A DNA stretch of 64,000 bases, taken from Candidatus Enterousia sp. (lineage in GTDB: Bacteria > Pseudomonadota > Alphaproteobacteria > Rs-D84). The position numbers and the translations under genes were made by a program. Shown piece by piece: positions 40,675 to 49,920 of the stretch (its first letter is position 1; each line of letters starts with the position of its first letter). The stretch covers positions 15,258 to 79,257 of the forward strand of contig JAZTWT010000016.1 of NCBI GenBank assembly GCA_045636045.1, in the 5' to 3' direction. The notes below the pieces were generated by a model. It was given only the letters and a program-made list of their open reading frames with translations, made no database searches and was not told the origin of the DNA.

Positions 40675-42075
40675 ATGTCATACATCAGTGCAGAAGCACT
40701 TGCGCAAGATATTGCCGCAGACAATGATATGCGGAATTTAAGAGCGATTGACAAGGCCTTGGAATCTGGTCGCATTAACGAAGTTGCCGCCGAACACTTG
40801 CGCCTGTTATATACGGACAGTATGACATGGTTCCGCGAAGTGTTTTATGTTTTGGGGAAATGCTTTGGCGCGCCCAAGGCGGCGGTTATGAAATATGACT
40901 ATGAGAACGATTGTGCAGTTGACGAGCCGATGCGTATCGCAGACATAAATCCATTGTCACCGTATATTGTGCAACATCGTTTGGATGCGGACCCAATGCG
41001 TAATCAGTTTTTTACCAGTTCTGCCGGACACAAAATTGATTTGGCGGTATCGTCAATCGTCACAGTTATTGTTGGCGCACAAAAGAAAATCAATCGTGCT
41101 CTGGATAAAATGACTGGTAAATATTATTCGTCTTATGTGGACGAGGTTGCAAATACCGTATATCGCGTAATTGCGTCGCACGAACGCGAAGCGTCTGCCC
41201 GTGCCATTGCAACCAAGATACGCGATAAATTAAATGAAAAGTATATTTCAACGCCATCTGAAACGGTTTTGTCTATTATTGGTTCTGGACATGAAGATAT
41301 TGCGGTTGATTTAGTGCGCGCTTTGGACAAAATTGAACGTCCGCGTATGCGTCTGCAGGATGTATGGCGTGTAAAATGTCTGTTCGATTTAATCCCCCAG
41401 GCACGTACATTTATCGAACGGATTCAGGCCATGATGCCAGAACGTATTATTTCTGTTCGCGACAGTTTTTATGATATGAATAATCCGCGAAATTATCGTG
41501 GTGCCAAGGTGATTATAAATATTGGGCCAAACTCAGATACTGTTGTGCCGTTAGAAATTATTTGCCAGGTTCGTGCCTTCTTTGGCTTTGAAAGCAAAAC
41601 ACATGAAGTTTATGAGGTTGCGCGCAAGAAAAAGTGCATAAAATCTGATAATATGGAGGCACAACTGGCGAACTATCATGAAATGGGGGTCAAAGAATAT
41701 AACAGAATGATTTGTACCTGTCTGGAAGACTTGTTTGATCGTGTCGGCTGGAATCTGTTGTATTCCCAGGGTGACCCTGCGTCTATGTTCGAAGGTTTCC
41801 CCAAGGAATGCAAACTGTATTATCCGCAAAAGATTCTGGATAATATAAACGAAAAACTGGACGATGCGATTGAAAATGAATTGTTTTGCATAAACAATGC
41901 ACCAATGAAATTGTCGCGTGTGCAACAGGCGAACATATTCCACTTTATGGCGCGGTTTGTCTTGGTTTCGGCCATGCCATATATGCAACGCGATTGGGCT
42001 ATGCCACAAACGACCCAGGCCGGAAAACTGTTTAACTTTGTAATGACCGAAGTTCAGCGATATTACAAAAAGTAA
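40675..42075 (+). CDS. hypothetical protein with RelA/SpoT-synthetase-like (nucleotidyltransferase) core
   Basis: LQDVWRVKCLFDL...NYRGAKVIINIG...VPLEIICQVRAFFGFESKTHEVYE parallels the RSH motifs DxxGxRxx, GYRSLHLxV and VEIQIRTxxxxxWAxxxHxxxYK. Confidence 0.4.
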   Translation: MSYISAEALAQDIAADNDMRNLRAIDKALESGRINEVAAEHLRLLYTDSMTWFREVFYVLGKCFGAPKAAVMKYDYENDCAVDEPMRIADINPLSPYIVQHRLDADPMRNQFFTSSAGHKIDLAVSSIVTVIVGAQKKINRALDKMTGKYYSSYVDEVANTVYRVIASHEREASARAIATKIRDKLNEKYISTPSETVLSIIGSGHEDIAVDLVRALDKIERPRMRLQDVWRVKCLFDLIPQARTFIERIQAMMPERIISVRDSFYDMNNPRNYRGAKVIINIGPNSDTVVPLEIICQVRAFFGFESKTHEVYEVARKKKCIKSDNMEAQLANYHEMGVKEYNRMICTCLEDLFDRVGWNLLYSQGDPASMFEGFPKECKLYYPQKILDNINEKLDDAIENELFCINNAPMKLSRVQQANIFHFMARFVLVSAMPYMQRDWAMPQTTQAGKLFNFVMTEVQRYYKK

Positions 42076-42105
42076 TCCTAAAAAATCCCCCAAATTGGGG
42101 GATTT

Positions 42106-42858
42106 TTAATATTTAATCTTTGGATATAAAACTTTAACATTTTGCATCAATATATCTTCCAGTTCATCTAATGCAATTCCCTTTATATCTGCCAATACAT
42201 GCGCGGTTTGAACGACCATAGATGGCTCGCACACCTGGCCGCGGTATGGCACCGGCGCGCAGTATGGTGCATCTGTTTCAATTACAATTCGATTTGTTGG
42301 AATTTTTGCAAATGTTTCTCGTATCTCGTCGGCATTTTTAAATGTTAAAATACCGCTGGCGGAAAAAAAGAAACCACAATCCAGCATTTTTTTTGCCAAA
42401 TCCCATGAACTGGTAAAGCAATGCATAACGCCGCCCACATCGCCCTTTAAAATTTCTGCTGTGTCTTGTTCTGCTTCGCGCGTGTGTATTGCCACGGGCA
42501 GGGCGTGTCTTTTTGCGATTTCTAATTGCTGTTTAAACAGTTCTATTTGCGCCATGCGATTATCAGCACCATAATGGTAATCCAATCCGATTTCCCCAAC
42601 CCCAACAACACGCGGATGATTTAAAATCGTGTCGGTTAAATGCGCAGATGCATCCACTGGGGCGTATTCTGGATGAATGCCAATTGTACAAAATATATTA
42701 TTATGCATTTCCGCCAAAGACAACGCCCCTGGGATGTCCGCTGGGTCTGCTGTTGGACAAATCATAACATTAACGCCGACATTCGTTGCGCGACTAATCA
42801 CCCCATCGGCACCGCCGGTATATTTGTCTGTCAGATGACAGTGTGTATCTATAAACAT
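42106..42858 (-). CDS. tatD: TatD-family metal-dependent hydrolase
   Basis: MFIDTHCHL start, 250 aa. Confidence 0.88.
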   Translation of the reverse strand: MFIDTHCHLTDKYTGGADGVISRATNVGVNVMICPTADPADIPGALSLAEMHNNIFCTIGIHPEYAPVDASAHLTDTILNHPRVVGVGEIGLDYHYGADNRMAQIELFKQQLEIAKRHALPVAIHTREAEQDTAEILKGDVGGVMHCFTSSWDLAKKMLDCGFFFSASGILTFKNADEIRETFAKIPTNRIVIETDAPYCAPVPYRGQVCEPSMVVQTAHVLADIKGIALDELEDILMQNVKVLYPKIKY

Positions 42859-43754
42859 TTTTTGATTTCCATGATTATTTTAAATATGCCAATTTCTGGC
42901 TCCAGATAAACATTTTTTATATCTGCAATCGCGCGTGTTGCACTGGGGTACAATTCTGCCATGCCAAAGCTTGCAATCGCATCTAATAAAATTTCGTACA
43001 GTTCTGGTGCAGTTGCAATCTTCTTGGCTATTATCATGACGTCTGCACTGGTGCTGGCACGATTGTTCAATAATTCAATCAGTTCTGCATATATTGCATC
43101 GCCACCCGATTTTTTAAGATTTGCAATTTTCCCAAAACTGCCATTACTCAGGCGCAGTGTGTCTGTGCTGACTTCTTCTTCGGGGATAAATCGTGCGCAT
43201 AATTCACGCAACTGGGAAATTGTCAGTGGACGCATTTTTTCAACGCGTGCACGTGATCGCACGGTTGGTAAAACATTTGCCAACTGATGCACCACTAACA
43301 AAAACAGTGTTTTTGCAGGTGGTTCTTCCAGCATTTTTAAAATTGCATTCGAAGCAGATGTGCTTAATTGATCCACAGAATCAATCAGAATAACACGCCA
43401 ATCCCCCGACATTGACGACATCTGCATTTTATCAATCATTGCGCGCACGGTATGAACTGAAATAACCTTGCCTTCTTTTTTTGGGTTGCCATATTTATCG
43501 ATATTGCGGTCAATGTCTATGATAAAGAAGTCACCCAGATTTCCATATACCATCTTGGCAATTTTATATGCCAATGTGGCCTTTCCGATTCCTGCAGGTC
43601 CGGCCAGCATCCATACCGGATGAATTGGGTGTGCGTCGCGCTGTTCCCATGCGGTCATAAAACTACGCCATACGTCCCCGTGTCCGACCATGCATTCGTT
43701 ATCCATTGGATGCGGAAACTTGTATTCATTAATTGTTTTTTTTCGTGGTGCCAT
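42849..43754 (-). CDS. holB: DNA polymerase III subunit delta-prime
   Basis: AGPAGIGKATLA P-loop-like motif and clamp-loader layout. Confidence 0.8.
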   Translation of the reverse strand: MAPRKKTINEYKFPHPMDNECMVGHGDVWRSFMTAWEQRDAHPIHPVWMLAGPAGIGKATLAYKIAKMVYGNLGDFFIIDIDRNIDKYGNPKKEGKVISVHTVRAMIDKMQMSSMSGDWRVILIDSVDQLSTSASNAILKMLEEPPAKTLFLLVVHQLANVLPTVRSRARVEKMRPLTISQLRELCARFIPEEEVSTDTLRLSNGSFGKIANLKKSGGDAIYAELIELLNNRASTSADVMIIAKKIATAPELYEILLDAIASFGMAELYPSATRAIADIKNVYLEPEIGIFKIIMEIKKCL

Positions 43755-43755
43755 A

Positions 43756-44934
43756 TTAATTCAATCCAAATATTACCTTGATATTTTTAATCGCGCGCCC
43801 AAAGAACCTTACCTTGCCAACGCTGTCCTTGGCGATAATCGGTGCACGCGCAATAACGTGACCATTTTGTTCTGCGATTAATTCTCCGACCGTATCGCCC
43901 ATATTGATTGGTGCAGATATTGGTTCGTCAAAGCGTGCCAATACACGAATGTTTTTTAATCCATCTTCCTTGTCAACAGTGATGGCAAACGGTTTTGCAA
44001 CTGTTGCAATAACTTCTTTTTCACGTCCATACCAAACGGGAATTTTTGCAACCGTATCTCCGGGCGCAAAGAACACTTTGCCTGTGGTATTAGCAAACCC
44101 AAATTCCAGTAATTTTTTCATCTCGGCCGCTAATGCGTCGTGCCCCTTGGCGTTTAGTCCGTTGATAACACCGATTAAGCGCCTGTTCCCAATTTTGGCA
44201 CTGGCGACCATGCCATATCCACCCTGGTTGGTGTGACCTGTTTTTAAACCATCCGCCCCACGCATTGTGAACAACAGTTTGTTATAGTTAACCGTATGCG
44301 TACGTCCCCATTCGCGGCACCAGTCTGTTTTGTGTTCTTTGAATTCAAATCGTTTTGTTGCGAACATTGGATAAATATCTGGATAATCAGAAATCAGATG
44401 CTGCGCCAAAATTGCCAGTTCACGGCTGGTCATCAGGTTGTTTGGATTTGGCAGACCACTGGCGTTCCCGAATGTAGATTGTTCCATGCCTATACTGCGC
44501 GCTTTCTTTTCCATCATTGCTGTAAATTGTGTTTCAGACCCGGCCAGTTTTTCCGCTACAACCATCGAAGCATCGCCGCCCGATAACACAATCAGTCCCA
44601 AAATCAAATCACGCACAGATATGTCCTGTCCTGCAACCAGACAAATCTTGCTGGCTGGATACCATTCCGGGCGCTTATAGTCTGCGTTTTCCCCCACTGG
44701 GAATCGCGTATCCATTGTGATATTGCCTGCCTTCAGTTCGTCAAACAAAACCGCCAATGTCATCAATTTTATCATCGAAGATGGTGGCATCAATGTGTCT
44801 GCATTTTTTGCGACAATTTCTGTCCCTGAATCATAGTCTATCAGTAGGGCGGACTTTGCCTTGGTTTTAAATTCAGTGGCGTTTGTCACACCACATGCAA
44901 ACATTAAGAATAGGGTAAATAATTTCTTTTTCAT
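43756..44934 (-). CDS. dacA: D-alanyl-D-alanine carboxypeptidase (PBP5/6 class)
   Basis: SxxK (SMIK), SGGD and KTGHT boxes. The start is at MKKKLF, which carries a signal peptide. Confidence 0.85.
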   Translation of the reverse strand: MKKKLFTLFLMFACGVTNATEFKTKAKSALLIDYDSGTEIVAKNADTLMPPSSMIKLMTLAVLFDELKAGNITMDTRFPVGENADYKRPEWYPASKICLVAGQDISVRDLILGLIVLSGGDASMVVAEKLAGSETQFTAMMEKKARSIGMEQSTFGNASGLPNPNNLMTSRELAILAQHLISDYPDIYPMFATKRFEFKEHKTDWCREWGRTHTVNYNKLLFTMRGADGLKTGHTNQGGYGMVASAKIGNRRLIGVINGLNAKGHDALAAEMKKLLEFGFANTTGKVFFAPGDTVAKIPVWYGREKEVIATVAKPFAITVDKEDGLKNIRVLARFDEPISAPINMGDTVGELIAEQNGHVIARAPIIAKDSVGKVRFFGRAIKNIKVIFGLN

Positions 44935-44953
44935 GACTTGGATAATAGCAATT

Positions 44954-46201
44954 CTAAATCGCGTTGCCAACAAAATAATCGCCATCAATATCGGTTATTT
45001 TTATATCGCAAATTGTGCGTGGTGGCAAAGTGTTATTTACAACTCGTACCCCAATATCATGTGGGCATCGCGCGATATTGTTTTCTTCCATTAAAACCTG
45101 GACAGTTTTGCCAACTTGTTCTCGCATAAAGCATGCACGATTTTCGATCGCCAAATTATTTATAATTTTGACACGTTTTTTTGATACATGCCTGTCAACC
45201 TGTTCCGGCATTGTCGCGGCAACTGTGCCTGGTCGTGGTGAAAATGGAAAAGCATGAATTTTAATTGGTTTTAATTCACGCACTAATTCCAATGTTTCGT
45301 TGAACAGTTCTTCTGTTTCGCCCGGGAATCCACAAATTATATCCCAACTGAATGTTATATTTCCCATCCCATGACGGACTAAATCGCGAACGCGGGCCGC
45401 GTTATGCCGACGTCCCATTGATTTCAGTATTGTATCAGACCCAGATTGCATTGAAAAATGTAAATGTGGCATCATGCGCTTCTCGCGCAGCATTAAATCA
45501 ATAACTTTGTCAATGTCTGGTACCGCAGGATCAACCGATGACAGACGCAGGCGCTGAATCCCTGGTTCATCTTTTAACAGGGCGCTGCACAGGTCAGAAA
45601 TCAGGAACGTATTGCCGTCATTTTTTTGAACGTATGACGCAATATCTACCCCCGTCAAGACGATTTCGCCAAAACCATTTGCAACAGCTTCTTTGACATC
45701 TGTTAAAATATCTTCGTACTTAAATGAAACAGACGGTCCGCGCAACGCACGCGTTATGCAGTACGCACAGTTGTGATTACAGCCATTTTGAATTTGTACA
45801 AACTGCTTTGATAGCTTGGATTCATGATGTTCGAATTGTGTGATAGTTGGTGTCTTGGTTGCGCATGGTATTGATTCAATGGCTGATATATACGCCCCCA
45901 GGTTTAATTTTTCATGATTATGCACAACGGCGGTATTTGGAATTTCTGAAAACAGATCTGGGTTGCGTGTTCCTGCGCATCCTGTGACAAAAATTGGCGC
46001 GTTTGGATTTTCTCGCGCAATGCGGCGAACGGCCTGGCCAGATTGGCGTTCTGCTTCGGCCGTGACGGCGCAAGTGTTTATGACAATCGCGCAATCCAGA
46101 TGCGGTTGCAGCATATTTTGAATCTTTTCAGATTCTAATGCGTTCAGTCTGCATCCAAAAGATAATGTTTTTATATTGTTTTTTTTATTTTCTGCTTGCA
46201 T
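44954..46201 (-). CDS. mtaB: tRNA methylthiotransferase, MtaB-like (radical SAM)
   Basis: UPF0004 N-domain FGCRLNALES, a CNHNCAYC radical-SAM cluster, and a TRAM-like C-terminus. Confidence 0.8.
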   Translation of the reverse strand: MQAENKKNNIKTLSFGCRLNALESEKIQNMLQPHLDCAIVINTCAVTAEAERQSGQAVRRIARENPNAPIFVTGCAGTRNPDLFSEIPNTAVVHNHEKLNLGAYISAIESIPCATKTPTITQFEHHESKLSKQFVQIQNGCNHNCAYCITRALRGPSVSFKYEDILTDVKEAVANGFGEIVLTGVDIASYVQKNDGNTFLISDLCSALLKDEPGIQRLRLSSVDPAVPDIDKVIDLMLREKRMMPHLHFSMQSGSDTILKSMGRRHNAARVRDLVRHGMGNITFSWDIICGFPGETEELFNETLELVRELKPIKIHAFPFSPRPGTVAATMPEQVDRHVSKKRVKIINNLAIENRACFMREQVGKTVQVLMEENNIARCPHDIGVRVVNNTLPPRTICDIKITDIDGDYFVGNAI

Positions 46202-46262
46202 TTTTTACATCCTGGTGGCATTATAGCCTGGTTAAAAATGATTTCAACAAAGGATTTTAAGA

Positions 46263-46634
46263 ATGGCACGTACAACAAATTCTGACACATTACCACATGT
46301 AGAAAGCCGTTATGAATTGGGAATGCTGGCATCTCAGCGTGTTCGCGATCTGGACGGTGGTGCCGAAATGATTGTGGAACGTGGACGTGATAAATTGACA
46401 GTTGTTGCCCTGCGTGAAATTGCAACAGGTAAATTGGATGTGGCTCAGGTTCGTCATGAATTCGTGCAATCGTACAAAGATGCCCCATCTGCAGAAATGG
46501 CCGAAGAAACATTAGAAGTTGGCAGCGAAGATCCATTGTTGCGTGAAATTGATGCTGAATTATCGGCATCATTATCGGACGAGGAACCAGGTGTTGTTTC
46601 TGCTGAAGAATCATTTGAATCAGATGCCGAATAA
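46263..46634 (+). CDS. rpoZ: DNA-directed RNA polymerase subunit omega
   Basis: SRYELGMLASQRVRDL core with an acidic tail. Confidence 0.8.
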   Translation: MARTTNSDTLPHVESRYELGMLASQRVRDLDGGAEMIVERGRDKLTVVALREIATGKLDVAQVRHEFVQSYKDAPSAEMAEETLEVGSEDPLLREIDAELSASLSDEEPGVVSAEESFESDAE

Positions 46635-46642
46635 TTAAATTC

Positions 46643-46733
46643 GGAGATGTCGCATAGTTGGTCTAGTGCGCCACATTGGAAATGTGGTATACTCGCAAGG
46701 GTATCAAGGGTTCGAATCCCTTCATCTCCGCCA
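46643..46733 (+). tRNA. tRNA-Ser (GGA)
   Basis: GGAGATG...CATCTCCGCCA acceptor stem, anticodon loop TTGGAAA, long variable arm, GTTCGAATC T-loop. Confidence 0.9.
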
Positions 46734-48188
46734 GTTTTTACTTTCAGTATAATTCCCCAATATATTAAATGGAAAATTCAAGTCATAACAAAGGGTTTTG
46801 CCCTTTAATTTGAGAGTTCGGAAGATTGATTTTAGCAATGTGCGTTTTGGATCAACTTCCGAACTTTTTATGAAATTGTCGGCCACGTGTTGTGCCGCAT
46901 GAAAGAATTTCACGATTGTATCATTGACTGTATCATCTGCGGCCCGGTGGACACGTTGTTTGCCATATAAAATATCCAGTTGTGTGCCCAGTTCTGCGTT
47001 CTTGGCATTGTATGTAGTGTCGTCTATCTTGCCGTCCAGATACATATTCAATAGATTATCTTTGCGTTTTTCAGCGGTGGCGATATTGCGTGAGATTTCC
47101 GCCATGATGCGTTTGTTATATTCTGCTTCCAATTCTTTGGCGGATTTCAGATAATCTGCCACACCATCAACCATTTCACGTGATATCTGTAATTGTTCCA
47201 GTATTTGAACAATTTGGCCGGTGACAATATCTTCGTTCACAGCAACGTGTTTGCCGGATTCATCCCAGGTCATCAAATAATTGTATTTGTTCTTTTTGCG
47301 TTCAGTGGTTACAACCCGGCCAGACCAATAATCTGTTATCAATCCACGATATAGATACTGAATACTGCCCCACCGGGTAGATTTGTGTGAATTTCGTCCA
47401 TTCAGGATATCTTGGCATTTATCCCATGTTGCTTTGTCCAGTAATCGTGGATGCCGGTGTTCAAATGTGAATTCGCCCCATTTGGCGGTGCCAATGTAGA
47501 ATGGGTTTTGTATCATACGGTGTAAATATGCCTTGGACAATTTTTGTCCGTTCTTGGAACGAATGCCTAAATCGTATGCGTGGTCAACCAGTAATGATAA
47601 TGACATGCAACCACGTGAATAATCCACAAACAATTGCCGCACCAAGTCGGCATTGTCATCAAATATGATTTCTGACCGGTTGTCTGGTGTGCGGATGTTT
47701 TTATATCCCAATGGTGCCATGCCGGGAAATTCGCCTTTGCCAACCTTGGCCACGACACTGCGGCGGACATTTTCCTTGAAATGTAGCGAATATGCTTCGG
47801 CCATTAAAACGCCCTGATGCCACATTAAAATGTCGGATGAACTGGATTTGTCAGAAACAACGATGTTTTCACGTGCAAAATGGATTTCAAGTTGACCAGA
47901 TTTGCGATATTTTTCCAACAATGGGATTTCTTGGAATGAACGTTGGGCACGATCAATAGTGTCAATCAACAATGCTGCATTGTTTTTTACACAGAATTTT
48001 ATGCATTCAAGAAATTTGCGGCGGTCACCGACTGTGCTGGATTCTATTAGTACCCGTTCGTCCAGTATTGTCATTTGCCGGCGGTTCGCATAATCTTTCA
48101 GGCGTGATACCTGCGCTGGCAGAGATAATTCTCTGTCTTGCTGTGCGGAACTGATCCGGGCCAAAATCACGCAGTTTTTGTTTGACAT
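46722..48188 (-). CDS. large serine recombinase (phage integrase)
   Basis: N-terminal resolvase domain CVILARISSAQQDRELSLPAQ, a recombinase domain (PLGYKN, IQNPFYIG) and a C-terminal coiled coil. The stop codon lies inside the last 12 nt of tRNA-Ser. Confidence 0.85.
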   Translation of the reverse strand: MSNKNCVILARISSAQQDRELSLPAQVSRLKDYANRRQMTILDERVLIESSTVGDRRKFLECIKFCVKNNAALLIDTIDRAQRSFQEIPLLEKYRKSGQLEIHFARENIVVSDKSSSSDILMWHQGVLMAEAYSLHFKENVRRSVVAKVGKGEFPGMAPLGYKNIRTPDNRSEIIFDDNADLVRQLFVDYSRGCMSLSLLVDHAYDLGIRSKNGQKLSKAYLHRMIQNPFYIGTAKWGEFTFEHRHPRLLDKATWDKCQDILNGRNSHKSTRWGSIQYLYRGLITDYWSGRVVTTERKKNKYNYLMTWDESGKHVAVNEDIVTGQIVQILEQLQISREMVDGVADYLKSAKELEAEYNKRIMAEISRNIATAEKRKDNLLNMYLDGKIDDTTYNAKNAELGTQLDILYGKQRVHRAADDTVNDTIVKFFHAAQHVADNFIKSSEVDPKRTLLKSIFRTLKLKGKTLCYDLNFPFNILGNYTESKNWRR

Positions 48189-48329
48189 CGTTTTCCAATA
48201 ACATTGCAGAACGCAAGAAATCCACAAAGCCACAGATGCCTGTGTTCATTGCGGCATCGGTCAGCACAAAGCCCTTTTCGGCTGCCAATTGTGAAAAAAT
48301 GCGTTCTATTTTTGCCATTTGTACAGGTT

Positions 48330-48749
48330 TTATTTTAATTTTGCAAGTATTTGTTTGTTTTGATGTATGTTGCCTATGATTTTGCCCGATACATTATCTG
48401 ATGAAATCTTTGCGTGAACTTGTTTTAATTCCCAACCATTCCCATACTTGTCACATACATACCATCCTATCAGTTCCGATTGGTCGTTCCATTCAACTGT
48501 GCCACAATACTTAAAACTGCCTTCATCAACGGTTGCGGTGCCGGTAAGAGTATCACCTTCATAAATCAATATATCGCCGGAATCAAAAAGGCCAGTGCAG
48601 TATTCCCAGCATAGGTCTGCGGCATCGTATTGCTGGGCATATGCTGCCAATGCCAATCGTGATTCTTGGATTGCCAAGTTGAAATATCGATATGAGTTTG
48701 TTTGATGGTTCCAGATGCGGAATTTCAACCGATTATTATCGTGTGTCAT
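48330..48749 (-). CDS. YopX-family phage protein
   Basis: KFRIWNHQ start, GDILIYEGD, and the C-terminal IIGNIHQN signature. Confidence 0.7.
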   Translation of the reverse strand: MTHDNNRLKFRIWNHQTNSYRYFNLAIQESRLALAAYAQQYDAADLCWEYCTGLFDSGDILIYEGDTLTGTATVDEGSFKYCGTVEWNDQSELIGWYVCDKYGNGWELKQVHAKISSDNVSGKIIGNIHQNKQILAKLK

Positions 48750-49016
48750 TGTTTATCCTGTTGCGCTGGTTCGTAATATTTAATGTTAAAAAACCCTGTT
48801 TTGACGGTTGTGGTTTTGTCGGTCACGTATAAATCAACCACGCCATCGGTTGCAGAAACATAGATTCTGTCGCCACGTTCAACAAGATTTTAAGAATCCA
48901 TCGGCCGTTATTTCGGCCAATGTTTGCTTGTCGTTGTATAACCAGCCGGTTATTCCGTTGGCAAACCAGATTACAGATAGGTGCTGGTTGCGGAAGTTAG
49001 AATTGTTATGTGGCAT
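48746..49016 (-). pseudogene. frameshifted small phage gene
   Basis: A 44-codon ORF (MPHNNSNFRNQHLSVIWFANG...) starts by TAATG coupling at 49016 and stops at 48882. A second frame is open from about 48890 (VERGDRIYVSATDGVVDLYV...) and ends by ATGA coupling onto yopX. Confidence 0.45.
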
Positions 49017-49375
49017 TATTCGTCCTTTTTTGTTGTGTTATAAAGTTGAGAGTATGCAAAGAATACGTTTTTACATAAGTAACCAACCAAATACGCCAAT
49101 ATTTCATCTTGGGTTGGGGTAAATACAACGTCACGGTCTGCTAACATATGGTTTGCCAGGTGGACACATTCATGTGAAATAATAGATATGCATTCCGGTT
49201 GCTGGGAGATCCATAAGTGCCATGTTTTTTCTTCGTCTTGCCAAACGCCGGCAAGGGTGTCGGGCGACAAGCCAGCATCTTCTGGCACGTTGTCCTTGTG
49301 TGACTGAACAACAAGATGGCAGTCAAAAATCGGAATGTTAAAATGAAATTCGTTAGATTGTGGTTTTTTTGTCAT
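49016..49375 (-). CDS. small phage protein with HExxH motif
   Basis: 119 aa containing ISHECVHLANH. Confidence 0.45.
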   Translation of the reverse strand: MTKKPQSNEFHFNIPIFDCHLVVQSHKDNVPEDAGLSPDTLAGVWQDEEKTWHLWISQQPECISIISHECVHLANHMLADRDVVFTPTQDEILAYLVGYLCKNVFFAYSQLYNTTKKDE

Positions 49376-49390
49376 GATGTATCCTTTGGA

Positions 49391-49603
49391 TTATCGTGGT
49401 CTGGTTTCAGAATGTGGTAATACGGTGTATAGGCCACATTTGGAACATTGGCGGGTTTGTTTCCCGATTTTCCGGTCAAATTCCCATTGTTTCCAACGAT
49501 GAAAACAGCCGTATGAATATTTGGATGGATCGCTGAATAACATCGTATGCATTCCTAATAGAATGCCGCTGACAAAACATCCGATTCCGATAATCCAATA
49601 CAT
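49391..49603 (-). CDS. small TM + zinc-ribbon phage protein
   Basis: 70 aa with an N-terminal TM helix and CFHRW...CSKCG. Confidence 0.4.
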   Translation of the reverse strand: MYWIIGIGCFVSGILLGMHTMLFSDPSKYSYGCFHRWKQWEFDRKIGKQTRQCSKCGLYTVLPHSETRPR

Positions 49604-49903
49604 TTATTTCCCCTTTGGTTCTTTCCATAGTCCGGCTGCAACAAATGCGTTGCGGTAATTGTTGAATACATAGTTTTCATAATCGGCATCTTCGGGGAAA
49701 CGTTCCGCATCTTTGGCCCATTTTTTGTAGCATTTAGGACAAAACCACCGTTGGCCCAGAACCGGAACAAGATAGCCGTCAAAAGATGCCTTGTTGCATC
49801 GGTCGCAAATACCCATTGGAAGCCCCGGTTCAATGGCAAGTAATTCCGTCAATTTTGCCTGTATAATTAAAAATCCTTGTTTGTGTTTTACCTGATGTGC
49901 CAT
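49604..49903 (-). CDS. zinc-ribbon phage protein
   Basis: 99 aa with CDRC...CPKC. Abuts the downstream gene. Confidence 0.45.
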   Translation of the reverse strand: MAHQVKHKQGFLIIQAKLTELLAIEPGLPMGICDRCNKASFDGYLVPVLGQRWFCPKCYKKWAKDAERFPEDADYENYVFNNYRNAFVAAGLWKEPKGK

Positions 49904-49920
49904 TTTATTTGCCCTTTATG

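Noticed and set aside
48025-48318. 97-aa - strand ORF between yopX and the integrase
   Set aside because: Its last ~55 codons overlap the catalytic N-terminus of the serine recombinase in another frame. The first ~43 codons might be a real small gene (an RDF or excisionase candidate), but I cannot support that from sequence alone.
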